NCBI GenBank assembly: GCA_041391365.1
Contig: JAWKOC010000003.1
Coordinates: 261,586-325,585 of the forward strand
Direction of reading: 5' to 3'
DNA: 64,000 nt
DNA from: Bdellovibrionota bacterium
Lineage (GTDB): Bacteria > Bdellovibrionota_G > JALEGL01 > JAGRMV01
This document shows positions 1 to 9,169 of this stretch, piece by piece (position 1 is the first letter of the stretch; each line of letters begins with the position of its first letter). Made by a program: the position numbers and the translations under genes. Below the pieces are notes generated by a model, which ran no database searches, was not told the origin of the DNA, and saw only the letters and a list, made by a program, of their open reading frames with translations.

Positions 1-1
1 T

Positions 2-1216
2 GGACTCAACGCAAAATGGACCAAAGAAAAGCAGGCCATCACAGACATTCAACTCATCAAAGAAAAAATCGATCAAAGCAAAATCGACATTGAACAAGCC
101 CAACGAGAAGGAAAATTGGATCGAGCTGCAGAGCTTCAATATGGTCAATTGCCTGAGTTGGAAAAATCACTGAGCGAAAAAAATCAAGCTTTGATGAACA
201 TTCAGAAAGATCATCGAATGCTCAAAGAAGAAGTTGAAGAACAAGACATTGCCAAGGTCGTTTCTTCTTGGACAGGAGTTCCTGTCACCCGCATGCTTCA
301 AAGCGAACGTGAAAAACTCAAAGACATGGAAAAGGAACTGGAAAAGAGAGTCATCGGCCAACAAGCTGCTCTGACAGCTCTTTCCAAAGCCGTGCGAAGA
401 TCTCGCGCCGGGCTGAGCGACCCCAACAAACCGATCGGAAGTTTTTTGTTCTTGGGTCCAACAGGCGTAGGAAAAACAGAAACAGCCAAAGCCTTGGCCT
501 CGTTTTTGTTCAACGATGAACACGCTATGGTTCGCATCGACATGTCCGAATACATGGAAAAACATGCGGTAGCCAGACTCCTCGGAGCCCCTCCCGGATA
601 CGTCGGTTTTGAGGAAGGCGGATATCTCACCGAGTCCGTTCGAAGAAGACCTTATTCTGTTCTTCTCTTTGACGAAGTTGAAAAAGCGCATCCCGAAGTG
701 TTCCATGTGTTTTTGCAAATGCTCGACGACGGTCGACTCACCGATGGCCAAGGCCGTACCGTAGATTTTCGAAACACCGTGATTTTGATGACCTCAAATC
801 TAGGCAGTGACATCATTTTGGAAAATCCAGAAAAAACCAGTGAAGAACTACGCAAACTTTTGGATCCCATCTTGACCAAAGCCTTTCGACCGGAATTTCT
901 CAATCGCCTCGATGACGTAATTGTGTACAATCATCTACAACCCGATCAGATCTTAAGCATCGTGGACGTACAGCTCGGACAGTTGCAAAAGCGTATCCAC
1001 GAAAGTGGATTGACCTTAACGGTTACCGAGGAAGCCAAAAAAATGCTTGCCACCAAAGGATTTGATCCATTGTTCGGAGCAAGACCCCTCAAGCGTGTGC
1101 TTCAACGAGAGATCGAAGACCCTTTGGCCGACCAGATTTTGGATCAAGACAGTCCAAACACTCAGTTCATTTTGGATGTACACAACGGAGTTCTTGTGTT
1201 TCATCCCATCAGCTGA
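2..1216 (+). CDS. clpB: ClpB disaggregase, C-terminal part (5' end outside window)
   Basis: Frame is open from the window edge. AAA+ D2 motifs GPTGVGKT (Walker A), LLFDEVEKAH (Walker B), GARPLKR (sensor 2). Middle-domain coiled-coil text precedes them. Confidence 0.95.
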   Translation, partial: GLNAKWTKEKQAITDIQLIKEKIDQSKIDIEQAQREGKLDRAAELQYGQLPELEKSLSEKNQALMNIQKDHRMLKEEVEEQDIAKVVSSWTGVPVTRMLQSEREKLKDMEKELEKRVIGQQAALTALSKAVRRSRAGLSDPNKPIGSFLFLGPTGVGKTETAKALASFLFNDEHAMVRIDMSEYMEKHAVARLLGAPPGYVGFEEGGYLTESVRRRPYSVLLFDEVEKAHPEVFHVFLQMLDDGRLTDGQGRTVDFRNTVILMTSNLGSDIILENPEKTSEELRKLLDPILTKAFRPEFLNRLDDVIVYNHLQPDQILSIVDVQLGQLQKRIHESGLTLTVTEEAKKMLATKGFDPLFGARPLKRVLQREIEDPLADQILDQDSPNTQFILDVHNGVLVFHPIS

Positions 1217-1247
1217 TCCATTCTTTACACATGGTCCGAGGTCATCT

Positions 1248-1859
1248 ATGGTGGAGTCCATGAACTGGAAAACTCTCCATGAATATTGGTTTGGAAAACC
1301 TATGGTGAAAACTCCACAAGAGTTGAATCAGAAAGAAGCTTTGTGGTTTGGCAAAAACCAAACCGTAGATCATCACATTCAAACAACTTTTGCACCGTGG
1401 TTGGATGAGTTGGGGTCTCAGACCCTTCAAGCCTGGGAAGATCATCCCAGCAGTTTGGTCACCAAAGTCATTTTGATGGACCAGGTCCCACGAAATGCCT
1501 TTCGCGACACACCCAGGATGTACGCCTATGATCCACAGGCCCTTGCGCTCACACTCCATGGCATCGATCGAAAAATCGATCTCGACATGAATCCCATCGA
1601 AGCTTTGTTTTTTTATCTTCCATTGGAACATGCAGAAGATCCGATGCACCAAACACTCTGCGTAGAAAAACATCAGCAGCTGCTGGATCGATGTGACCCT
1701 GAGCTGCGTTCCTCGTTTGAAAACCATCTTCTCTATGCCCACAAGCACAAAGAAATCATTGATCAGTTTGGACGCTTTCCCCATCGCAACGGCATTCTCC
1801 ATCGCAAGAACACTCCAGAAGAAATCGAGTTTCTTTCCAAACCAGGAAGCTCTTTTTAA
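1248..1859 (+). CDS. DUF924 family protein
   Basis: ATG at 1248 just after the clpB stop. WFGK...ALWFGK and C-terminal FGRFPHRN pattern typical of DUF924. The upstream part of the 270-aa track ORF overlaps clpB and is discarded. Confidence 0.7.
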   Translation: MVESMNWKTLHEYWFGKPMVKTPQELNQKEALWFGKNQTVDHHIQTTFAPWLDELGSQTLQAWEDHPSSLVTKVILMDQVPRNAFRDTPRMYAYDPQALALTLHGIDRKIDLDMNPIEALFFYLPLEHAEDPMHQTLCVEKHQQLLDRCDPELRSSFENHLLYAHKHKEIIDQFGRFPHRNGILHRKNTPEEIEFLSKPGSSF

Positions 1860-1911
1860 TCTGAGAGCACGTTGCCGCGAGGGCCTCTCGGCTCAAACGC
1901 CATTTGATGAA

Positions 1912-3732
1912 CTAGGGTGCAACCGTAGTAGATTGAGGAGCCAGCGAAGCCAACAGCTTTTGAGCTGGAGTGTACGATGGATCCACACCCAATGACTGCG
2001 TCAAGTAGGTTTTGGCCAGGTCCAGGTTTCCACCCGTAGACTCTACTTTTGCAAGAAAGTAATAACTATCCGCATCTCTGAGTCCTTTTTCAATCGACGC
2101 CATCAAATGTTGTTTTCCCGCTTCCACTTGATTGCTCAGAATCATCGACATTCCCAAATATTTTTCCAAACTTTTTTCTCCAGGAGTCAATGCCAAAGCT
2201 TGTTGATACGCTGCTATGGCTTTGCCATAGTCTGCATCTCGGTAATAAGAAGCCGCCAAAAAACTCCATGCGGTCACATCATTTTTGCGAATGGTGGTCG
2301 ATTCATAGAATGACGTGGCACTGTCTTTGTATTTTTGTTGCTTGAATTCCAATTGACCTTTTTCATACCAGATCACACCGCGATTTTTGCTGGCTCGTCC
2401 GAGAGATGAATCTGCCAGCGCAAGTGCAAATTGTTCCACTGCTTCATCTATTTTTCCTGTCTCTTTCAGAGCTTTTCCATACAAGTAATGTTGCTCCCAA
2501 TTCATGTCTTGCCCTTGTGGACGCTGTTGAACAAGCTCAATCAAAGCCTGCGGGTTGTTTTGCGCATCGACGCTGCGATACAAAGCCGTTTGCAAAGACT
2601 GATCCGTTGGTTCCAAAACAATCAGCGATGTGTACAACTCCTGCGCTCGTGATGGCAATTTCGAAAGAAGATAGGTGTTGGCCAGTGTTTCCGAGATTGG
2701 GAAAAAATCTGGGAAGTTCGCATGCAATTTTTCAAAATCTGTCATTTGCTCCGCAAGCGAAGATTTGGATTCAACATGTTTGGCCAACGTGACCGCATAC
2801 TGAGCCAATGGATCTTTTTGCTGTTTCGAAAGCGTTTCTACCCACAAAGGATTGTAGGACGCTCTCGAAGCTAGCGCAGCGTAGAGTGCAGCTCGCTGAC
2901 GCTCGGGACTGTTCATTTTTTTCTCCAACAAAGTCAATGCAGGGTCAAATGCAACGGCATTGGAAAGAGCTTTCCCTTGACGAAGAGCCAAAATACTTTT
3001 GGCTTCCAATACAAAAATTTCAACTTCTGGATGACGCTGATAACGATCGTCCACATTTGCGAGCTGATTCAAAGATTGCGAAAGTTTGGTGGGTTGATGG
3101 TTCGAGTTGCTGGAAAGAATCTCTCGAACATCTTTGGGGAGAGAGACTGTGGTAGATTTGGCTTTGGGCAGAGCCACAGAAACCCGTGTGGGTTTTTGCA
3201 CGGGCACTTCCACCTGCGCTATTTCTTGCTCCGAAACTTCTTCGCTTGCTTTGTCTTCGTTCTGGGCAGCTTTCTCTGCTTGAATTTTTTCCCACTCTTC
3301 CCAAGAAATTTCTGGAACAGTGATCCACAACCGTCCGTTGACCATTTCCACTTTGGTCACCGCAGCTTCAGGCTGTGGCGCCGTGGTTTCTTCCTGGGAA
3401 AGTGTCGTAGATTCTTCCGAAACATTTTCTGCGTCCAAGGTTTGCGCATCGGTGGTTGTTTCCTGTGAGAAGTCTTCGGTTTCTTCCTCGCCTGTCACAT
3501 CTTGATCTTGCGCATCTTCTGCTGCGTCTTGAACTTCTTGAGTCAAGACCGTTGAGGTTGCAGAAGAGTCTGTTTTTTGCTCATCTTCAGATGAACTGAA
3601 CATGGCCAACGCCAATACGAAAAACAAAAATCCACCTCCAAACCATAGGAGTAGGGTGGGAAAACGAAACAGTCCTTTTTCTTCTAGGTTTTGCACAAAG
3701 TCCCTCGTGGTCTTTTCTTGATCCATGTTCAC
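1912..3732 (-). CDS. Membrane-anchored TPR-repeat protein with acidic low-complexity linker
   Basis: N-terminal TM helix (LLLWFGGGFLFFVLALAMF), a D/E/T-rich stretch, and C-terminal tandem TPR-like repeats (AIAAYQQALALTP, YLYGKALKETGKIDEAVEQF). Confidence 0.8.
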   Translation of the reverse strand: MNMDQEKTTRDFVQNLEEKGLFRFPTLLLWFGGGFLFFVLALAMFSSSEDEQKTDSSATSTVLTQEVQDAAEDAQDQDVTGEEETEDFSQETTTDAQTLDAENVSEESTTLSQEETTAPQPEAAVTKVEMVNGRLWITVPEISWEEWEKIQAEKAAQNEDKASEEVSEQEIAQVEVPVQKPTRVSVALPKAKSTTVSLPKDVREILSSNSNHQPTKLSQSLNQLANVDDRYQRHPEVEIFVLEAKSILALRQGKALSNAVAFDPALTLLEKKMNSPERQRAALYAALASRASYNPLWVETLSKQQKDPLAQYAVTLAKHVESKSSLAEQMTDFEKLHANFPDFFPISETLANTYLLSKLPSRAQELYTSLIVLEPTDQSLQTALYRSVDAQNNPQALIELVQQRPQGQDMNWEQHYLYGKALKETGKIDEAVEQFALALADSSLGRASKNRGVIWYEKGQLEFKQQKYKDSATSFYESTTIRKNDVTAWSFLAASYYRDADYGKAIAAYQQALALTPGEKSLEKYLGMSMILSNQVEAGKQHLMASIEKGLRDADSYYFLAKVESTGGNLDLAKTYLTQSLGVDPSYTPAQKLLASLAPQSTTVAP

Positions 3733-3840
3733 CTTCTACTGAATTTTAGCTTCCGCGTCAATCGCTTTGTCGGTTATATAAATCAATAATTTCAATAACT
3801 TTTGTCCATTTTGTGGACAAACCCCCTTGAGTCAAAAAAA

Positions 3841-4299
3841 TTATAGGGCCAATACGGCCATGGTCAAACGGCTGATGCACACCAGCTTATTTTGCTGATT
3901 TTCAATCCGAATGTCCCATATATGTGTTTTTTTCCCCAGATGAATGGCACGAGCCGTGGCGGTGATCCACCCTTGGTCGACCGAGCGCACATGGTTGGCG
4001 TTGATTTCAAGTCCTACCGCCGTGTGTGTGGATGCATTCAACACACATCCAGAAGCCACGCTCCCCACAGTCTCCGCAAGGACGCAAGAAGCTCCCCCAT
4101 GCAAAATCCCAAACGGTTGCATGGTGCGAGAATCCACAGGCATTCTTGCGCTCAGATGCTCAGGCCCAAGATCACAAAATTCAATGCCAAGATGAGCCAC
4201 CATATTTTTGTGAGCCCATGCTTGAACCTCTTGCAATGAATAATCTCGATGCCAAATCATGGAGGTTGCATACCACAACCCATCAATGGAGTGCATCAA
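3841..4299 (-). CDS. PaaI/YbdB-type hotdog-fold thioesterase
   Basis: GILHGGASCVLAETVGS motif and ~150-aa length are typical of PaaI-family thioesterases. Confidence 0.8.
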   Translation of the reverse strand: MMHSIDGLWYATSMIWHRDYSLQEVQAWAHKNMVAHLGIEFCDLGPEHLSARMPVDSRTMQPFGILHGGASCVLAETVGSVASGCVLNASTHTAVGLEINANHVRSVDQGWITATARAIHLGKKTHIWDIRIENQQNKLVCISRLTMAVLAL

Positions 4300-4333
4300 G
4301 AAAAAAATGCACGAAACTTTGGATCGGTTGAAT

Positions 4334-4861
4334 TTATAATTTTTTGATCAGATGTTTGCGACGACGATCTTTTTTGGAAAGCTTGCGAGGATTTCCTTTT
4401 TTCTTTCCTGAAGAGTGGAGGTTGCATTCCTGTTCACGCCCCTCTTCCCAAGGCCGAAGAGTCATGGAAGAGGCATCATGTTCCTCAACTTCTCGAAAAC
4501 TTCCCGCGTCTTCCAATCGGCGCAAAAAAACATCGCACGACAAATGATCCAGACCGGCGGCCCTTGCAAAACCTTGAACTTTTCGATCAGAGGAAATGAC
4601 CAACACCACCTGGCCTTTGAGAGACTTTACCCAATCCCCGATGTAATCGTCGGCCGTTTCAGTGATGGGGGTATAGATGATTTGAACACTTTCGTAGAAA
4701 CTTCGATCTCCCGAAAATGTTCCCTGAAACGTTCCATCGAAAACCAATGCAAGTTCATGACCGCATGTTTTTTGATATCGTGAGACGGCTCGTATCAAAT
4801 GATCTCGATCCACAAAAGATGACTGATGGAGAAGATTGTATCCATCAATAATGATTTTCAT
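4334..4861 (-). CDS. NYN-domain (YacP/Rae1-like) putative RNase with basic C-terminal tail
   Basis: MKIIIDGYNLLH start, VFDG and ADDYI motifs match the YacP-like NYN pattern. Start moved to ATG 4861. Confidence 0.7.
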   Translation of the reverse strand: MKIIIDGYNLLHQSSFVDRDHLIRAVSRYQKTCGHELALVFDGTFQGTFSGDRSFYESVQIIYTPITETADDYIGDWVKSLKGQVVLVISSDRKVQGFARAAGLDHLSCDVFLRRLEDAGSFREVEEHDASSMTLRPWEEGREQECNLHSSGKKKGNPRKLSKKDRRRKHLIKKL

Positions 4862-4885
4862 CGCGTACAACCACAATCAAAAAAA

Positions 4886-6604
4886 TCAAAACTCGAAATC
4901 CAATCCTGTGGGTCCCAGAATTTCCGCATATCCTGAGAGCGTGTTTCGGATTTCCGTTTGCGTGGAAGGCGTTTTGGGATTGAGAGTTACTCCCACAATT
5001 TCGCCCATTTTTGAATTGCTGACCAAAATTTGTGCAACGACTTTATTGTTGATCATTTTTTCTACCTTGGTGGGAATGCCCAACTCACTGTAGGAAAAGA
5101 GAATTTGTTGTTGTTTGTGATCTTCAATGCGCGCAATTTTTCCATGTTGCTCATAATAAATTTTCAACCAACTGCTTGCCGTTTTGCTGTTTTTCGTTTT
5201 CTGCATAGCATAACTTAGGTTGTTGTTTTTGTCGTATCGGTACGACACCTCATCTCCATCTGAACCAATGACCTTCGACAAATAGCCACTGTGATCATCA
5301 TACACAAACGTAGTGATTTCTCCTTTGTTGTTGGTTTTCGAGGTGATTCGTCCTTGATCATCATATTGATATTTGTCTTTGATTCCATTTGTGCTGGTCA
5401 CCGATATGGGTTTTCCACAACAGGTTGATAAAATGGTTGTGGTGGTGACACCGCTCCGATCGGTGTAAGAAACCTTGCTCTCGGAATCGATGTATTCGTA
5501 GGTTGAATTTTCCCCTTGATTGTCTTTGATTTTGCACCACTGCGTTTTGCCGTCACGACCATAGTCATAGGTTGTTTTTTTGGTTCCTGGACCCACTTGT
5601 TCCAAAACTTTTCGAGATTTTTTGTCGTATTTGATGGTGGTGCTTCCCCCACCTTGATAGGTGAGTACGGTCATCTGTCCCAGTTCATCATACTCATACG
5701 ATTCCTTTTTTCCATCCACGGAAGTCATTGAGGCAAGAAGAATATCTTGACCCTGCTTTTTGTAAGAATAGCTCATGGACCGATGGAAAGAGTCTTTGAT
5801 CGATACAATTTTTCCGTCTTGATTGTAATCGATTTGCAAATAATTTTTGCAACCATCATACACTCGTTGCAATCGACTCATGTTGTCGTACACCATTCGA
5901 AGCTCGTTGCCATTGGCATCAAACACCCGAGCCAAAAGACCTCGACCATTGAACAGTTCGGTTCGACCTGTTTCAGAACTGCGCTGATATCCTGCAGATG
6001 TTTCTTTGATCACCGTTTTGCCACGATTGCTGGAAACATAGGTTTTTGAAGGTGAGAGATACATTTGATTTTTTGCATATCTCTGTGCCTGACGATCAAA
6101 AAATTCAGAATCCTCGCGCAGTTTCTTTTCAAAATCTTGATAGACACTTTTTTGTGTCGCCGATGGCGCAGATCCATATCGCTTGTCTTCTTCTTGTTTG
6201 GCGCTGACAATCAAGGCAATGATTTTGCTTCGATCCCCGTTGACATACTCTTGAGGAAGATACTCATTCACAAAACCATCGGCCTCCACGACCTGCAAGC
6301 CTTTCCCCTTCGAAACAGCAATTTTGCTATCAAAATTGAATGTCCACCCCTTTCCAAATGGGCCTTGGCGACTGGAGAGAGAGTTGTACGATCGATACAC
6401 CTCCAGTGGGAAGGAAAAACAGGGCAGATAATAGTCTTGCATGGGTAGAAAAAAATTCCCATTTCGAGTTTGAACAGGGTCAGGAGCGTGATGAATATAG
6501 TGCAATGTGCCGGATGGTCCCCATCCCAGCTGATTTTCCTGCGCCGCAATAGGGTAAGTAGCCAAAATCAATGCCAAAAAAATTGTCCGCGATCCAAAAG
6601 TCAT
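4886..6604 (-). CDS. Secreted YD/RHS-repeat protein (short form)
   Basis: Signal peptide MTFGSRTIFLALILATYPIAAQ from ATG 6604. Repeated YD motifs: YQYDDQGRITSKTNNKGEITTFVYDD, YRYDKNNNLSY, YEYDELGQMT, YDYGRDGK. Confidence 0.8.
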   Translation of the reverse strand: MTFGSRTIFLALILATYPIAAQENQLGWGPSGTLHYIHHAPDPVQTRNGNFFLPMQDYYLPCFSFPLEVYRSYNSLSSRQGPFGKGWTFNFDSKIAVSKGKGLQVVEADGFVNEYLPQEYVNGDRSKIIALIVSAKQEEDKRYGSAPSATQKSVYQDFEKKLREDSEFFDRQAQRYAKNQMYLSPSKTYVSSNRGKTVIKETSAGYQRSSETGRTELFNGRGLLARVFDANGNELRMVYDNMSRLQRVYDGCKNYLQIDYNQDGKIVSIKDSFHRSMSYSYKKQGQDILLASMTSVDGKKESYEYDELGQMTVLTYQGGGSTTIKYDKKSRKVLEQVGPGTKKTTYDYGRDGKTQWCKIKDNQGENSTYEYIDSESKVSYTDRSGVTTTTILSTCCGKPISVTSTNGIKDKYQYDDQGRITSKTNNKGEITTFVYDDHSGYLSKVIGSDGDEVSYRYDKNNNLSYAMQKTKNSKTASSWLKIYYEQHGKIARIEDHKQQQILFSYSELGIPTKVEKMINNKVVAQILVSNSKMGEIVGVTLNPKTPSTQTEIRNTLSGYAEILGPTGLDFEF

Positions 6605-6725
6605 GTCCCTATTATCGGTTCCAGAAGAAAAAAAATCAAATGATAGATGCAAACAAGCTCATCACACTTGCATCCTCACACCTCTGCCAGAGATCACCAT
6701 CATGTGCAGAATCGATCCGATGGCT

Positions 6726-7178
6726 CTAGTGCAATCCATTGGGCAAGAGAGAGATCCCGAACCAATACTCTTTGATATGTTCAACAGCATCGATGAATCC
6801 CTTGAATTCTACGGGTTTTTGAATGTAACTGTTGGCCCCATCGGTGTAGCAGGCCTCTACATCGCTTTCATCCGCCGAAGTCGTCAAGATGATCACGGGT
6901 ATTTTTTTGAGCCGTGTGTTGCCTTTCATTTTTTTTAGGATTTCACGTCCGTCCACTCCAGGAAGGTTCAAATCCAAAATCACCATTTCCGGCAACACAT
7001 GAGTTGAAGAATCTCGATATTTGCCTTCCTTGTGCAAATAATCCAGAGCTTCGTCTCCATTGTTGATGTGAAACAATGCATCGACCATCCCCACACGATT
7101 GAACGCCCGGTGAATCACCATGAAATCTTCTTTGCTGTCTTCTACAATCAAAATGCGGTTGGGTTTGCGTTGCAACAT
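6726..7178 (-). CDS. Single-domain response regulator (CheY-like receiver)
   Basis: ILIVEDSKED, phospho-acceptor context ILDLNLPGVDG, IPVIILTTS, and K in YIQKP. No output domain. Confidence 0.9.
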   Translation of the reverse strand: MLQRKPNRILIVEDSKEDFMVIHRAFNRVGMVDALFHINNGDEALDYLHKEGKYRDSSTHVLPEMVILDLNLPGVDGREILKKMKGNTRLKKIPVIILTTSADESDVEACYTDGANSYIQKPVEFKGFIDAVEHIKEYWFGISLLPNGLH

Positions 7179-7255
7179 GCTTTTTGTCCTCTTCGAAAGC
7201 TTGAAATTTGATCAACAATTATCATGTCAGAGGAGAAACAAAAGTTTTTTTCATC

Positions 7256-9169
7256 TCAATGGGTCTGGCTAAGTTCGGAAATTTTGGTTGCCAACAATTG
7301 ATTGTCCGGCTCATATTGAATGGCCATTTTCAAGTTGATCAACGCCCCATTGCGATCGCTTTTTTCCATGCACTTCATTGCAATGTCATAATATTTTCTT
7401 CCATGTAGAGTCTTGGGCAAAAACTTGTCCATAAAAAGTTGCTGACTCTCGTGATCCGAAACATTCAACGCACTCAATCCAATGGAAACATCGTATTCTT
7501 TTCTCTTTTTTGGATCTTTGATGGTTTGATAAGCCACTGTCATTTTCTTGAATAGATCTTTACAAACGCGCGTAAGATTTTGATCCTTGCTTTGGAAAAA
7601 ACGATCGGGGTGAAAATATTTGCTGCAAAAACGAAAGGATTGATGAAAATCTTCTGAGTTTTGAGAAGGTGTCACACCCAAAACATCATAGTAACTCAGA
7701 TGTTTTTCATGCTTGTTGAGAACATTAAGAATCTCAACAGCAGCTTTCTTGGAATCCAAGGCAATCATGTGCTTTCGGATGGAAGAAGATGCTGGATTGA
7801 GAAGCAAAGCTTTTTGAAACGATCGAAACGCATTCTCGTCTTGCTTGATTTTGGAACACCAAAGACCAAAACACTCGAAAATTTCATAGTGATGAGGAAA
7901 CATCGTCATTACTCTTTTCATAAAACGAAACACTTTTTGATTGGTTTCGATGTCTAAGTATAATTTCTGCCGAATCGCCAATTTTGCATAGGCAATGGGC
8001 AGCAAAAACAAAGAAGGATGGAGTTCAATTTCTTTTTCCAAAAGCTGAAGCGCTTCCATGGCTTGATCATTTCCGATCATCTGTTGAACTTGTTGCAAAA
8101 CCTGCTTTTCTTTTTGAGTTTGACTCTGTTGAACAAACTCATTGCTTTTCCCCTCCAACAAAAATTGGTCGTACTCTCTTCGTTGATCTTCTCGATGCAA
8201 AACCTCATAAGCCTGATTGATTTTTTGCAAAATCTCTTCTGGGAGATTCTTTTCATCATCCTTGAAAAGCTTGATCAAATTTGGGTCTGCATATTTTTGA
8301 TGGAGGCTTTCGTATTTTTTTTCAATGTCCGATGTTTTCGCATTCGTCTCAATGCCAAGCCATCGGTAATAGTTGTGTTCCTGAAGCTTTTGATGAAAGC
8401 TTTCGGCTTCTGCTCGCTGGATCATTTCTTCTTCGGACAATGCCGAAACAAAAATGCGGGCTTTGGACTCTTCCTCTGATTCAATGATGAGGAGTCCCAT
8501 CATTTCAAACAAAATCAGAGTGTGATAAATTTCCATTTTGTCCAAGAAACTAGCTTCAAAAACTTCTTTCACGGTTGAATTGTGAGCCAGCACCGCGGCA
8601 ATGCTGATTTGATTTTGTGTAAATGCAAATTCTTTTTCATTCCATTTGATAGACAACTTGGTGCTTTCATCCTTGAGTTTTGGATTTGCGTGGAAAATTT
8701 TTTCTTGTGTGAACTCCTGAACCACTTTTTCCAAAAATGTTTTTCGATCAAACAGCACGGGAACAGTAGGAGGAAAGTTTTGTGGTGCAAAAACAAGTTT
8801 TGCATGATGTTCGCGAGAAATGTTTTTCAAAATCAATTCGGCCAGCTGCAATTTTTTTTCTACAACTTCTTGAGGAGACAATTTAAGGTTCATCAGTGCC
8901 AAATCCCACTGCCTTATGTTTGGATCTGCCGCTTGCAACAAATACTGTTCGTATTGTTTTGTCGAAAGAAGCTGCTTTTGAAACAAAAAAGAACCTGGAA
9001 GTTCCATTTTTGCATTGGACGACAAAATCAACGCGTTTCCATCTCGAAACAAAATTTGTCGAACACAATTTCCATTGTCAATTTTTAAAATTCCGTTGAG
9101 CTGATGACGAAAAATAGAAGACAGCCCCTGAACAATGTCCAACTGTGAAAATGATAGTTCTTGGGTCAT
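7256..9169 (-). CDS. J-domain co-chaperone-like protein with two J domains and C-terminal TPR
   Basis: Second J domain YYDVLGV...KYFHPDRF keeps HPD. The first, YYRWLGI...KYADPN, lacks it. Has an N-terminal DUF4388-like segment and a C-terminal TPR-like end. Start overlaps the upstream Hsp70 stop by 4 nt. Confidence 0.8.
   Translation of the reverse strand: MTQELSFSQLDIVQGLSSIFRHQLNGILKIDNGNCVRQILFRDGNALILSSNAKMELPGSFLFQKQLLSTKQYEQYLLQAADPNIRQWDLALMNLKLSPQEVVEKKLQLAELILKNISREHHAKLVFAPQNFPPTVPVLFDRKTFLEKVVQEFTQEKIFHANPKLKDESTKLSIKWNEKEFAFTQNQISIAAVLAHNSTVKEVFEASFLDKMEIYHTLILFEMMGLLIIESEEESKARIFVSALSEEEMIQRAEAESFHQKLQEHNYYRWLGIETNAKTSDIEKKYESLHQKYADPNLIKLFKDDEKNLPEEILQKINQAYEVLHREDQRREYDQFLLEGKSNEFVQQSQTQKEKQVLQQVQQMIGNDQAMEALQLLEKEIELHPSLFLLPIAYAKLAIRQKLYLDIETNQKVFRFMKRVMTMFPHHYEIFECFGLWCSKIKQDENAFRSFQKALLLNPASSSIRKHMIALDSKKAAVEILNVLNKHEKHLSYYDVLGVTPSQNSEDFHQSFRFCSKYFHPDRFFQSKDQNLTRVCKDLFKKMTVAYQTIKDPKKRKEYDVSIGLSALNVSDHESQQLFMDKFLPKTLHGRKYYDIAMKCMEKSDRNGALINLKMAIQYEPDNQLLATKISELSQTH

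Noticed and set aside
1971-1990. DnaA-box-like heptamers (for example ATCCACA) scattered in the window
   Set aside because: They are isolated matches inside coding regions at about the frequency expected by chance, and they do not cluster. The real oriC is expected beyond the right edge, upstream of dnaN.
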